Below are positions 35,598 to 45,965 of a DNA stretch of 61,499 nt, one piece after another; within the stretch, counting starts at the first letter, position 1, and the number at the start of each line of letters is the position of its first letter. The position numbers were made by a program, and so were the translations under genes. Source of the stretch: a virus (lineage: Duplodnaviria; Caudoviricetes); the IMG/VR virus record IMGVR_UViG_3300031215_000016, positions 1 through 61,499 of that record. One strand, given 5' to 3'. Below the pieces are notes generated by a model. The model was not told where the DNA came from, made no database searches, and saw only the letters and a list, made by a program, of their open reading frames with translations.

Positions 35598-36744
35598 TTA
35601 CTATGTTATCGTTATTAGGTGTATCATCATCGAGAATATCACCAACGTTAATACGCTCACTACCATCGTCAAAAATAAACAAATTGGACGAGGAGTTAGG
35701 GGATACATTCAAAAATATAGAATTGTTGTCCTTACAAAGGACTAAGTAAGAGGTTGTTCCAACATGTGGAAGTGAGTAGGCCCCTTCAGAATAAGAAGTT
35801 TCTGCGTAAGGTATTTCGTCTGGGTTTTCGTAATTAGCTTGAATCAACCCACCATTAGAAGTAAGAATGCTCAACAAATCATTTATTACAGAAGTGGTGA
35901 AGCTTTGTTGGCCAAGCTTGCTTGCCAATCGGCAAAGGAGTAAAACCATATCATATCGAACCTTACCATAGTTGGTCGGATATAAATCTAAAGGGTAAGA
36001 GGTTAATCCATACATTCCAGATACGGGGTCGTTTGAAGAGTAGTTGCCAACTATGTAATCGTTTAGCTTTATGCACTCAAGTAACTTTCCTATATCGAAC
36101 AACAAGCAAGCACCAAGAATTTGATAGTTGACATGAAAGTCGTCTGGTTCTGGGTTAGCATTTCCAGAGAGAAGCCTAGCATAAAAAACATCATTTCTAT
36201 AAAAAGTGTCTATTATGTTGGCAGACAAGGTATCTGCTAAATTTTTATACGTGTTATCTCCTGTATAGACATATTGAGCGTGTAAGAAATAAAAACCATA
36301 AATATTTGTCTTCAAATAAGCTGTTTCAGAGGTAGACTCTTTTAAGAGTGTTGCAGAGCCAAGTTTTGTAACAATGGAATCTCTTATCACGTTTATTTTG
36401 GTGTCCCAATCGGTAGAAACGTTAGGCACAACGGGCGCTAAAAAGTTAGCGGCTACAGTCAATGCGTACCCTGTAAATACGCTGCTTAGGTATATTCTGT
36501 TAGCCATAGAAACGGTGTGTGGGTCATCGTTTGTTTGGTCGAAATAGTCAGGAACCAGCTCTACATTGTCTATTCTCTCTATAAGTTCATCGCCCAAGAG
36601 TTTAGCCCTACTAACATTACCGACTTGGCAAAAATAAAGTAGCGCTCTTGCAGCATCTAATGTCTCTACTGTATTTAGAAAAGCCACGGTTCTTGGTGGG
36701 TTGTCTGATTCATAAGAACGGGTTATATATTTGTCTACGCTCAT
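35578..36744 (-). CDS. Baseplate-region protein with a possible (alpha/alpha)-barrel fold
   Basis: Repeated helical hairpins, e.g. YVYTGDNTYKNLADTL...IIDTF. Confidence 0.5.
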   Translation of the reverse strand: MSVDKYITRSYESDNPPRTVAFLNTVETLDAARALLYFCQVGNVSRAKLLGDELIERIDNVELVPDYFDQTNDDPHTVSMANRIYLSSVFTGYALTVAANFLAPVVPNVSTDWDTKINVIRDSIVTKLGSATLLKESTSETAYLKTNIYGFYFLHAQYVYTGDNTYKNLADTLSANIIDTFYRNDVFYARLLSGNANPEPDDFHVNYQILGACLLFDIGKLLECIKLNDYIVGNYSSNDPVSGMYGLTSYPLDLYPTNYGKVRYDMVLLLCRLASKLGQQSFTTSVINDLLSILTSNGGLIQANYENPDEIPYAETSYSEGAYSLPHVGTTSYLVLCKDNNSIFLNVSPNSSSNLFIFDDGSERINVGDILDDDTPNNDNIVIDDDSN

Positions 36745-37460
36745 ATAGTGTATCCTTGGGCTATCATAAATTCAAGACTAGATATGTCGTCAACTAAACA
36801 AGAGTTAAGTGGTTTTATACTCTGTAAGCAGTTGAAGTAATCAATCATGTTTTCAACACACACTATGGGGCCGCATAAAAATATTATTTCTGGCTCCGAA
36901 TCAGACTCGTAAAAAGGCAAAAAAGTTTTAATACTTTTTCTAATATAGTCCTTTACAATTAGGTTCTCAAACCAATAGGTTTCGATAGTGGCTTTAAATT
37001 CGGAATTCAAAGATTCTTCGTCAGGAGAGTAGGTGTACCAAGCATCTTCGGGGATGTCGTTAGGCAAGAAACCTGTGTTGGGGTCGTCAGGGTATATAGC
37101 CCTAGAGCGAGGAAAGAAGTTATCAGTATCTAAGGTTACTTCTCCCAGAGTGCACGCTTGAAGAAATAGTTTTATGCCGGTAACGCTGCCACGGTAGCTC
37201 ATTATTTTCCCCGCGTTAAGAACCATATTTTGAAGCAGTACTGAGGGAAATTTCTCTGAAACTCTAGGGAACCCATAATCAACCAAAGTCCTTACCAAAT
37301 GCGAACGGTATTGGTTGGTAATCGTGTTGTAAACACGGAAAAAATTGTTTTGTCTGTCTTTTTTAAAATTATATAAACCGTCCAATACAGAAACCATCCC
37401 ATCGGTATTTTCAAATCGAAGAGCTGTAAAAGGTATTCGGTCTCTGAAATCTTCTCTCAT
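36741..37460 (-). CDS. Baseplate wedge protein (P2 gpI-like)
   Basis: YRGSVTGIKLFL motif; directly after the J-like wedge gene. Confidence 0.6.
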   Translation of the reverse strand: MREDFRDRIPFTALRFENTDGMVSVLDGLYNFKKDRQNNFFRVYNTITNQYRSHLVRTLVDYGFPRVSEKFPSVLLQNMVLNAGKIMSYRGSVTGIKLFLQACTLGEVTLDTDNFFPRSRAIYPDDPNTGFLPNDIPEDAWYTYSPDEESLNSEFKATIETYWFENLIVKDYIRKSIKTFLPFYESDSEPEIIFLCGPIVCVENMIDYFNCLQSIKPLNSCLVDDISSLEFMIAQGYTI

Positions 37461-38999
37461 TTATATAGGCTTAACAACTAAGTTCATAGTTTGCTTGGCG
37501 TTAGAAGGGTCTACCACAGACTTTTTAATTATGTCGCTCTCGCCAATTCTTATAAAATCTGGGACTTGTACGTTAGTACCGAAGTTGTAGATATTTATTC
37601 TAGCAATATCATCATCAGAATCTTTCAAATAAATATAGAAGTCATCGTGAGAAAAGTCTCTACCGTAATCGCCAAAAACTAAGGGGTCGAAAAAATCAAC
37701 TATTCTTTGAGAAACCTTAGAGTATATGCTATTGAAATTGGCGCTTGGATTTGTTTCTACAACAATATCCATCTTAGGCAATACTATCTCGTTGGTATCA
37801 GAAGCTATAACCGTGTACCCAAGCTGAACCATTATAGCTTCTATTTCGGGAATAAAAGGGTCTAATTCGGCAGACGCCATAGAAATCCCCTGATTGTTTA
37901 TGCCATAGATAGTTATCGTCTCATTTATAAACACGGCATGCGTTCTAGCTATCGAAGACTTAGACAAAAGAAAGTCTGTACAGTCTTCTGTATTTATTAT
38001 AGTCTTTCTTCTGCGCGACTCAACAGGGGCGACTTTTTTAATGCTCTCTAACGTTTCTGCGACTAAGGCCTCTTCTGTTTCATCAGAGTTGGGGGTTGCG
38101 GAAATTGCTGGGCGGGATTGATTAAATCTGAATATGTCAAAGCTCTCAGATTGAAGACCCTTACCATTAAGCCCATCGGTTTTTATGTAGGTAACAAACA
38201 CGTCTGTCTCTGGCTCCACTTTTTTACCGAAAACGCCATAACCAAAAACTATTGTGGCTGAGCCATTCTCTTCTGGAAGAGCTACAAAATGCTTATCGAA
38301 AGAATCGCTTATGCCCAGTTGTTGGACGCTTTCCCACTCAACTGAATCAATGTATAGGCGGATAGTTTTGGGGTCTATGCTACTGTCTTCAATAAAAATT
38401 CTATCTCCATCAAATACATAAGAACGGGTTTTAAACTTTCCCCTAACCATGGGAATAACTTGAGTGGTATCAGATAATGAATCAGGAATTTGAAATGCGG
38501 AGTTATTTATGTAATTGTCTGGCCCGGAAGAAACTTTTAAAATTAAATCGCCTGGATTGTATGTCTTAAAAGGGTTAGAGACGTCTACGACATCTAGTCC
38601 GTCAAAAGTAACTGAGAATTCAACTTTTCCAGCGGTATACACTTGTGGGTCATAGCCCATAGAGATTGCGCGAACAAAAGCGTTGCTGTATACCTGAGAC
38701 GTGTGTAAATTGGATTCCAGAGAAAAAGCGTTGTTGTACCAATAATCTTTTTCAGAAAACAAACAAACAAGTTCTACTAAGAATTGGCCAAAGTCACCAT
38801 CCCCCCTATCAGTCCAACTAGGTAAGTGGGTATTCGCTAACTCTCTGGCTTTAGAAAGCATTTGAGACATATTAGCATTTAGCAGCAAGTCGTCTTCGGG
38901 GTAAAGCATCTGAACTACCTTAGAGTAGTCATGCAACTTGTTCAACTTACTTTGGGTAAGGTTTGCTAATTCTGTTAGTATGGCTTTCTTAGATAGCAT
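37461..38999 (-). CDS. Baseplate wedge subunit (gpJ/T4 gp6-like)
   Basis: WTD...DFG..LVEL, IVFGYGVFGK, ETLESIK..AP...INTED. Confidence 0.85.
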   Translation of the reverse strand: MLSKKAILTELANLTQSKLNKLHDYSKVVQMLYPEDDLLLNANMSQMLSKARELANTHLPSWTDRGDGDFGQFLVELVCLFSEKDYWYNNAFSLESNLHTSQVYSNAFVRAISMGYDPQVYTAGKVEFSVTFDGLDVVDVSNPFKTYNPGDLILKVSSGPDNYINNSAFQIPDSLSDTTQVIPMVRGKFKTRSYVFDGDRIFIEDSSIDPKTIRLYIDSVEWESVQQLGISDSFDKHFVALPEENGSATIVFGYGVFGKKVEPETDVFVTYIKTDGLNGKGLQSESFDIFRFNQSRPAISATPNSDETEEALVAETLESIKKVAPVESRRRKTIINTEDCTDFLLSKSSIARTHAVFINETITIYGINNQGISMASAELDPFIPEIEAIMVQLGYTVIASDTNEIVLPKMDIVVETNPSANFNSIYSKVSQRIVDFFDPLVFGDYGRDFSHDDFYIYLKDSDDDIARINIYNFGTNVQVPDFIRIGESDIIKKSVVDPSNAKQTMNLVVKPI

Positions 39000-39005
39000 G
39001 GCGAG

Positions 39006-39389
39006 TTATAAAATTCTTGCGTAAACGTTTTCTGTTCTGTCTTGTTGGTCGGGTTCTGTATTTGAGTAATCTATGTAAAGTTCTGTAACTTTTCTGTCCG
39101 TCTTAGGAACTATTAAGCTGCTGTTATTCACATTTAAAAATTTTATAGAACTCTCTAATAATGAAGTAAGGCGGAGCATAATGGCCCCCCTAGCTGAAAC
39201 TATGCTAGAGGTATTGGCTTGAATCAATTGAAATATGAACAGAGTGCTGAAGAATCTTTTATAATCTCTAGTCCTGTCATAGAAGGATATAACAAAGTCT
39301 ATTGAAGATTCTACGCGGTCATTGCCCGTGTAAAAACTGAATTTACCATCTACTATCGGTAGATTATGTGGGATAGACTTTAAGTTCAT
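39006..39389 (-). CDS. Baseplate sheath initiator (gp25/gpW-like)
   Basis: Size and canonical position between spike and wedge. Confidence 0.55.
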   Translation of the reverse strand: MNLKSIPHNLPIVDGKFSFYTGNDRVESSIDFVISFYDRTRDYKRFFSTLFIFQLIQANTSSIVSARGAIMLRLTSLLESSIKFLNVNNSSLIVPKTDRKVTELYIDYSNTEPDQQDRTENVYARIL

Positions 39390-39403
39390 TTCGTCAAAAT
39401 TAG

Positions 39404-40171
39404 TTATTTAAGTTCTACCAATGAAGATTTGAAAGAATCGAGTTGCGTTTTAAGCGCTTTTATTGCTGTACTAGATGCTGGGTTGATTGGGGTTGCTGGC
39501 CCTGCCACAGTAGGAACAGTTATAAGGGCTATTGTGTCTATAAGATTCCCCAAAAAGCTTTTAAGCTCTTGATGTGTAACGGCTGAACCAAGATTAGTGT
39601 CGTTCTTTTTTGCGAGTTTTACTTTTCCATCAGTAGCATGAACTCCTATATCGTCTGAACCATGGTAAAGGCCAGAATAATTCTCGCCTTTAATGTTTGA
39701 GGTTTCTGAGGATATTATGGATAATTTTTTAGTGGCTAAATTTATAACTTCATCCGAAGATAGCTTGGCAGTGCCATCGTCATCGTTGAATTCCAAACTG
39801 TTTTCTAGGTCTCCAAACTTAGACACATCCCCAAACTTGTTTGCTTCTGCTGTTTCTGTGTTTTTTCTTCTAAGATACCCAAGAACAACCGGGCTGCTTC
39901 TAGTACCATCCAAGTAACCAACAATGAAATCTATTTGGTTGTAATATTTTTTAAACCACTTGTAGCTAGGGATAGCGGAAACGCCAAAACCCATCAGAAG
40001 TCTGGGTCTTATGCACATACCAGCAACATTACCTTCGTCCATTAAGTATTCGCTGGAAGTAAGTTGGGCTTCATAAAATATGTCATTGAATATTCTACCA
40101 GTAGGTCTAGCCATTTCTATGCCGGTGAATCTAACAGATGATTTTCTATAGAAGTCGTATTCGTCTTGCAT
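39404..40171 (-). CDS. Baseplate central spike (gpV/gp5-like)
   Basis: OB-fold-type VGYLDG..SSPVVLG, beta-helix-like C-terminus, TVPTVAGP; position after the hub gene. Confidence 0.65.
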   Translation of the reverse strand: MQDEYDFYRKSSVRFTGIEMARPTGRIFNDIFYEAQLTSSEYLMDEGNVAGMCIRPRLLMGFGVSAIPSYKWFKKYYNQIDFIVGYLDGTRSSPVVLGYLRRKNTETAEANKFGDVSKFGDLENSLEFNDDDGTAKLSSDEVINLATKKLSIISSETSNIKGENYSGLYHGSDDIGVHATDGKVKLAKKNDTNLGSAVTHQELKSFLGNLIDTIALITVPTVAGPATPINPASSTAIKALKTQLDSFKSSLVELK

Positions 40172-41934
40172 TACTTAAAAAATTCGAGTTTAGTTTCAAA
40201 TCCCGTATCTTCCCAAGTGTGCGACAAAGAACGCAAGTAGAATTTTTCATTGTCTGAGTCGGAACCATAACGTATGATGCCGATTACGTCATAAAATCTT
40301 TGGGAACGGATATTTATGTTGCCATCTATTTTACAGTTTATTCTAACACCTCTCCAATCAAACCCCTTAATTCTCTGTGTCTTTTCTATCGGGGATGGGA
40401 CACGCTTCAAATAAATATATTCTTTTTTTGTAAGGTTGTTATTATTTTGGCTTATCTTATCGTTAAGTTCATTTTGTTTTTCAGGCGACAAACCAAGTAT
40501 CTTAACTTCGTCCACTTCATAGAAGTAATCAGCATCCATTAAAACATAATCAGACTCTTTCTCTATTGATTGTATTCCCAAATCAGAAACGCTCTTTATT
40601 TTCCCTGTAATAGGGTTTCTGTCGACCAGCTTCTCGTCTACGGCCAAGTAAGATTGGCCATTGATTACTACAAAGTCCTTATCTTGGTTTTTAATTTTAT
40701 CTCTGTTCTGATTATTTATTAATTGAAAAACTCTTTTCTGAGTTATGTAGACTTTATGTCTAAGGTCTATTTGTTCCCCGTCTGCTGTTGTGGTTTGTGG
40801 AGTAACTGCGTTCAGCATAGTCATGTCTTCGATGACAGAAACGTCAAACATTTGAAGCCTTCTATCTGTAGCGCTGCCAAATTTCTTGTTGTACGAATCG
40901 TTACGGTAAAAGAAAGAATCAAAGAGTTTTCTGCCCCGGTCATCGCCAGAAACAAAAACAGAATCTCCCCTTCTAGGGAAATAAAAAGATGTTTCGGGTT
41001 GAAGTCTTCTTATGCCAAACTCGTCAATTTTTAAATCTTCGGGTTTAGAAAGACCTTCTAAAGAAACAAAAAATAATTTAAGGGTGTCTTTTTCCACTTC
41101 TAACCAAGCTCTGCAAGATAAAATAGCGCAAAGCTTCAATAGAAATGACCAGTCGGATTGACTATCTTGAGTCGCAGGCGCTAACAGTGTAGGCTGTTGT
41201 TCCCAGTCCTTATTTGCGGCAAGCTCTGGAAGGACAATGCTAGAGTCATCAAAATCCCACTCATTCTCTTCTGCTATGCCCTCTATAATTGCTTTGTAAG
41301 TTATGCTTATGTCGTTGCCATATTTGACTCTATATCTACTCCCATCGGTATTTACTTTACTGTCAAATTGATTAACTGCGACATCTAAGGGACTCCTAAT
41401 ACTTTGAAGTAAGTCGTTGTTATCTACTATGGTTGTGTTTTCACCAAAAAATTCGTCAGGAAGTGGGGTAACATCATAATTATTTCTTATGTAGTTGTAA
41501 ACGAACAACCTGGAAGAAGAAGAAATGTCTGGATAGGTGTAACTTCTAGTTCTGTTGACTGCTTCTGAGTTAAAAGCCTTCATACATGTTATGGTCACAT
41601 AAACTTCTCCATCTTCTTGGTAGTCGGACTTAATAACTCTTATGGGCCCTTGGAACACTTTACGGTAATTCACTGTGTTTCTTCCAGAGCCCAACTCTAA
41701 ATCGCCACCCCAAAAACTGATTATGCCCCCTACTTGCAGAAAAGCATATAAGAATTCAGCGTTATTGGCTGTGAGAGTTAACTCAGTCATTAAGGAAGCC
41801 TGCTCTTCGTAATTAGCCCTAAAAACTGTTTTAGTTATGTCAATAGCAGGCTCCCCGTAATAGCAACGAAAATACGGTTGGTCTTCACCAGCTAAATAGT
41901 TAGAGGGATTTTTCTGTCGAAGTACTCTAGGCAT
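40171..41934 (-). CDS. Baseplate hub (gpD/gp27-like)
   Basis: QDSQSDWSFLLKL and C-terminal G...I......I.G....FYL....H.W...GF.T pattern. Confidence 0.75.
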   Translation of the reverse strand: MPRVLRQKNPSNYLAGEDQPYFRCYYGEPAIDITKTVFRANYEEQASLMTELTLTANNAEFLYAFLQVGGIISFWGGDLELGSGRNTVNYRKVFQGPIRVIKSDYQEDGEVYVTITCMKAFNSEAVNRTRSYTYPDISSSSRLFVYNYIRNNYDVTPLPDEFFGENTTIVDNNDLLQSIRSPLDVAVNQFDSKVNTDGSRYRVKYGNDISITYKAIIEGIAEENEWDFDDSSIVLPELAANKDWEQQPTLLAPATQDSQSDWSFLLKLCAILSCRAWLEVEKDTLKLFFVSLEGLSKPEDLKIDEFGIRRLQPETSFYFPRRGDSVFVSGDDRGRKLFDSFFYRNDSYNKKFGSATDRRLQMFDVSVIEDMTMLNAVTPQTTTADGEQIDLRHKVYITQKRVFQLINNQNRDKIKNQDKDFVVINGQSYLAVDEKLVDRNPITGKIKSVSDLGIQSIEKESDYVLMDADYFYEVDEVKILGLSPEKQNELNDKISQNNNNLTKKEYIYLKRVPSPIEKTQRIKGFDWRGVRINCKIDGNINIRSQRFYDVIGIIRYGSDSDNEKFYLRSLSHTWEDTGFETKLEFFK

Positions 41935-42244
41935 TCCTAAATCTATCTAAATTAAAATCTTTTCTCAATACGATGACTAAGGGTATTTTTAGTGTTTCTC
42001 CTGTTCTCCAATCTTGCGGCCTTCTCAATCTATTTGTGTTGCATAAAATAGTCCAATTAGATTCTCCACCACCAGAAAATTTAAACAAGAATTCGCTGAT
42101 TGTATTGATGCTGTCTGAAGCTTTTATGTCATACTCCGTAGTCTCTAATATTTTGTTTCTGGGTACGGGCATGTAATGGTCAGCTTTCCCCGTTAAGTAA
42201 ACGGAGCGAACATTATTAAGGTTGAGCTTATCTTGATAAATCAT
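41927..42244 (-). CDS. LysM/gpX-like baseplate protein
   Basis: YDIKASDSINTIS...W..L...N......GETLKIP. Confidence 0.7.
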   Translation of the reverse strand: MIYQDKLNLNNVRSVYLTGKADHYMPVPRNKILETTEYDIKASDSINTISEFLFKFSGGGESNWTILCNTNRLRRPQDWRTGETLKIPLVIVLRKDFNLDRFRNA

Positions 42245-42249
42245 AGTTA

Positions 42250-43377
42250 CTAATTTTCAGAAATAGATTTTATTGCCGCGTTAATAAGTGCGGGGTTTAT
42301 GTTAGCGCGGTACTTCTCTAGTACGGGTTTAGAAAAATCGCTGTGAACATCCCACTCGTCTATAATAAAAGAGACGCTACATTCGCTACGTATGGGCATG
42401 TAGTCTTTATTATGTAAAACATGCTTAACGCCAACGCTGTCTATTTTTCCCATAAAAACTCTATTACCAAGAATCAAGTAGAGTTGCGGTATTGACTCAA
42501 ATCTAGGGGCCGGCTCTTGCATCCCATTATAGTATCGGGGGCGAGAAAGGCCCTCTAATTCTTTTTTCTGAATAATAGGGTATTGAAAAGAGCACAGTCT
42601 ATCAACAACGGGTTGAGTACCATTTACCGAATCACCACCATACTTTGCGTGTTTGTCATTGCTGTACGGATTCTTGGCTTGTTCCCTTAATTCGGCACTA
42701 AATAGTTCGTCTTCATTCATTGATATTCTGGAAGCATCGAAAAATAAGTTGAAGCTCATTGTTCTTCTGCCACCAAAAACCCAGTTATTTCTAGACGCAC
42801 CAAAACCCAAGTAGTTTTTTTCTACAACGTTATTCTTTTTCTTATCCTCAAACTCTGTGGGGTTATACTGGAAAAAGAAAAAATCTTTTGGGTTTATCTT
42901 TTTATTTTCAAACAAGTAAGTGGGGATTAAGCACCCCCTAGTTTTATCAATATCGAGAACGTTATATTCAGACGCTATGGTAGGGAATAAAGGGAGTTCT
43001 TTTTTTATACTTCTTAGGTTTGATACTGTCGGGTCTTTTTGTGGTTCCCCAACTTTACCAATACCCTCTCCCAAATCTCTCATAGCTTGAGGGTAGTCAA
43101 TAACCCCACCAGTAACTCTGCTAAATAGGGTAAGCTTTTTAGCTGTGTCCAGACTTATCTTACCTAAGTTAGAGGCTTTCAAAATAGGGTCTGGAACAAT
43201 AGCACTAAGGACGGCCCCGCCATAATTTAAAGCGCTTCTAGTGACACCAGCAGCGAGAGTGTTTTCTCTTTCGGTTTCGACATTCCTAAAGTCTAAAGAC
43301 TTTCTTACGGACAAAAAACTGTTGGTTGTTCTTTTTTTAGAAGACTCGGTAAAGTTTTTCGTGTTATCACTAGCCAT
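42250..43377 (-). CDS. Tail tube initiator / contractile-system tube-like protein
   Basis: FQYNPTE, RTMSFNLFFDA, G.IDSV.V......PIR..CSVSF; follows the tape measure. Confidence 0.7.
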   Translation of the reverse strand: MASDNTKNFTESSKKRTTNSFLSVRKSLDFRNVETERENTLAAGVTRSALNYGGAVLSAIVPDPILKASNLGKISLDTAKKLTLFSRVTGGVIDYPQAMRDLGEGIGKVGEPQKDPTVSNLRSIKKELPLFPTIASEYNVLDIDKTRGCLIPTYLFENKKINPKDFFFFQYNPTEFEDKKKNNVVEKNYLGFGASRNNWVFGGRRTMSFNLFFDASRISMNEDELFSAELREQAKNPYSNDKHAKYGGDSVNGTQPVVDRLCSFQYPIIQKKELEGLSRPRYYNGMQEPAPRFESIPQLYLILGNRVFMGKIDSVGVKHVLHNKDYMPIRSECSVSFIIDEWDVHSDFSKPVLEKYRANINPALINAAIKSISEN

Positions 43378-45646
43378 ATACTTTGCTTTGATTATTAATA
43401 ACCAACCCAGACCTAAATCTTAGTTTATCGGTGGCTTTTCTATTCTCTTCTTCTACTACTTTTCTAACTTTCTGAGAAAAATCGTTGGCATCGTCTTTAT
43501 TCATAGAACCATCAAAAACTATTGATATATCGCTTTTGAAGTTGTTTTTGTTGACGGGGACGGAAGCTTGAGGAGATTTTGTTTTGTGCGATTCTTTTGT
43601 GGGATTGGATTGTTTCGAGGTTTTTTTGCTGTCGTACAGCCCAGAACCAGTCCATATATTATCAGCATCGGTATTCATGTCCCTAGCAACGTTAATGCCA
43701 GCAATGCCAACGGCTGCGGCAGTACCATATCCCGGAATCAAAGAAGCTATCCCCTCTGCTATAGCTAGGCCACCCCCAACATTATCTCCAGCTTTGAATC
43801 TTCTGTAGGCTTCTGAAGCGGCAAAAAACAAACCAATAACAGGTATTTTTTTCATAATCTGTCTTAGACCAACACCAAGACCTTTACTGCCCAACCCAAA
43901 AACTTTGCTAAGTAGCCCACCACCCGTCTTGATGCTAAACATTCTTTTAGTAGCTGAGCCAATACTCTTAAATATGCTGAAGACCTTTTTACCAATATTC
44001 CAAACACGTCTTAAAATATTGGCACCCCCTCTAATAACAGCAAAAGTGGTTTTTAATACAGTAGTAGCTATCTTAAAACCAACAAACCCAGAAGCCACTA
44101 AGCCGAGCGCATAAGCTACTTTGTTTAGTCCGTCTCTATAATCCCCATTGTCTCCAATTAGACTTAAAATGAATTTGCCAAAATCACCCAAAAGACCGAG
44201 CATTACCCTTAACGGCTTAGTGCCACGGTAGAAGGCTTTGGCCATGTCTATAATCGCGGGAATAGCCTCTTTAACGAACCTAACTATTTTCGCTCTAAGG
44301 ATGACGAATCTCATTTCTATAGCCAGAAGCTTCATTCCAAATTCGTCTGTTCCAGCGCCAACTTTTTTAAATTGTCTGTCTAAGTAGCCTCCAAGTATTT
44401 GACCTAAATCTCTTACTGCGCCAATAAGTTGTTTAAAGAAAGCGGTAGCTACTCTAACCACATCGGCTATTTGTTTTTTGTGTGACATTAACCAATCAGC
44501 AATAGACTTAAAAGTGTCCCTGTAAACTGAATATAAAGAGTTGGGGTCGTCTATTCTGCCCACCAAAGTCATGGTCATCAGGTCTTTGTATTCACTAATC
44601 CTAGACATCATTTCGTCTATCGTTTTCGGGGTATCTTTTAGTATAGAATTTAAAAGTTTTTGGTCTTTTATAACTTCCATCACTGCGTCTCTGGACATTT
44701 TCGTGCCCTCTGGAATAACGGACATAACACGTTGCATAAGTCTTTGATTCATCATCATGGACTTATAAAGCGCGTCACCCCCATACATAATAGCATCGTG
44801 CAGTTGCTCAGACAAGTCACCAACTGATTGACCGGTATGGAAAGAAAGTTTTTGTAAGCTGTTAAGGGTGTCTTTGAAGTCTAGGTCAAGTCTAGCTAAG
44901 TTGTTTTTTACGCCCACGTATTCTGTGTCGGATAAAAACAGTTGGCCCTTGGCTCCCTGAGACTTTTTATACATTAAGTCTCTTTCAGAGTTCGCTTGGC
45001 CACCAGAAGCTATTTTAGTTTTACGTATGACTCTGTTGAAGCCGTCCGCAGCTTCCATAGATTTTTTGAACATTCTAGTGATGCCTTTAACCACTTTTGA
45101 TAGCGCTTTGAACACTTCAATAGTAATAAAAATAGCAGCCCCATAACCGCCCATAGACCTAGTGGCCATGCTAAGACCTTGGGAGAATTGCTGAAGCTTA
45201 CTACCGGGAAAAAGTTCGGCAACGTTGCTCATTGCGTTTCCAGCTTTACTGCCCATATTAGAACCTTGGGTCGCAGCTCTCCCTGGCTTACCTTTTAAAG
45301 TGGCCATATAATTGTTTATGTCTTTAGAGTGCTGGCTTAGTTTACCGCTACTAAGGCTTCTTTGCATTCTCGTGTTTTGATAGCCCATGTAGCCACGTAT
45401 AATGTTGGCTTGCTTTCTTCTTTCACTACCCTTGGGCAGTAAACCCATTCTTACTTTTCGGTCAATTGAGCGTATTTTGGATTTGTTTGATGCTATCTTA
45501 GCAGTATATTCGACAGCTTTCTTTAGATTTTTTGTCTCCTCTTTGCTATAATTTTTCATTTTAGTCATCTGACTGACAACGTCATCCATCTTTTTTCCGG
45601 CTTTACCAGAAGCTATGTTGGCTATTATATCAAAGGGGTTAATCAT
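43370..45646 (-). CDS. Tail tape measure protein
   Basis: Long helical Ala/Gly/Lys-rich protein with hydrophobic segments and KKIPVIG/LIPGYGT repeats, downstream of the tail chaperones. Confidence 0.88.
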   Translation of the reverse strand: MINPFDIIANIASGKAGKKMDDVVSQMTKMKNYSKEETKNLKKAVEYTAKIASNKSKIRSIDRKVRMGLLPKGSERRKQANIIRGYMGYQNTRMQRSLSSGKLSQHSKDINNYMATLKGKPGRAATQGSNMGSKAGNAMSNVAELFPGSKLQQFSQGLSMATRSMGGYGAAIFITIEVFKALSKVVKGITRMFKKSMEAADGFNRVIRKTKIASGGQANSERDLMYKKSQGAKGQLFLSDTEYVGVKNNLARLDLDFKDTLNSLQKLSFHTGQSVGDLSEQLHDAIMYGGDALYKSMMMNQRLMQRVMSVIPEGTKMSRDAVMEVIKDQKLLNSILKDTPKTIDEMMSRISEYKDLMTMTLVGRIDDPNSLYSVYRDTFKSIADWLMSHKKQIADVVRVATAFFKQLIGAVRDLGQILGGYLDRQFKKVGAGTDEFGMKLLAIEMRFVILRAKIVRFVKEAIPAIIDMAKAFYRGTKPLRVMLGLLGDFGKFILSLIGDNGDYRDGLNKVAYALGLVASGFVGFKIATTVLKTTFAVIRGGANILRRVWNIGKKVFSIFKSIGSATKRMFSIKTGGGLLSKVFGLGSKGLGVGLRQIMKKIPVIGLFFAASEAYRRFKAGDNVGGGLAIAEGIASLIPGYGTAAAVGIAGINVARDMNTDADNIWTGSGLYDSKKTSKQSNPTKESHKTKSPQASVPVNKNNFKSDISIVFDGSMNKDDANDFSQKVRKVVEEENRKATDKLRFRSGLVINNQSKVYG

Positions 45647-45965
45647 CGTTTTCGCTATTTAGCTTATCTGCCTCTTTTTGTTCGTCCAAATATACGGGAT
45701 ATTCTAAGTCCATGAATAATTGCCTAGTTATCTCGTCCATCATCATTGTTTCTTTATAAGAGTACTTAAATCGCTTTGCGAAAAAAACACAGTAACTTAT
45801 CAAGTCCCAATTCGGCTCTCTTGGCCTATCGCTGTAAATTGTGTGAAAGGTAAAATTACCAAAAACATCTTGTAGTTGCGGCCAATGATTTCTTGATGGG
45901 TTTATACTGGGCCAGACCTTGATGACTGACCCAGAAAACGAGCCTATTCCGCGAAAAAATTTCCC
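45639..45965 (-). CDS. Tail assembly chaperone extension (gpT-like), reached by -1 frameshift
   Basis: In the -1 frame at the slippery run; DLISYCVFFAKRFKYSYKETMMMDEITR resembles gpT-type C-termini. Confidence 0.7.
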   Translation of the reverse strand, partial: GKFFRGIGSFSGSVIKVWPSINPSRNHWPQLQDVFGNFTFHTIYSDRPREPNWDLISYCVFFAKRFKYSYKETMMMDEITRQLFMDLEYPVYLDEQKEADKLNSENDD

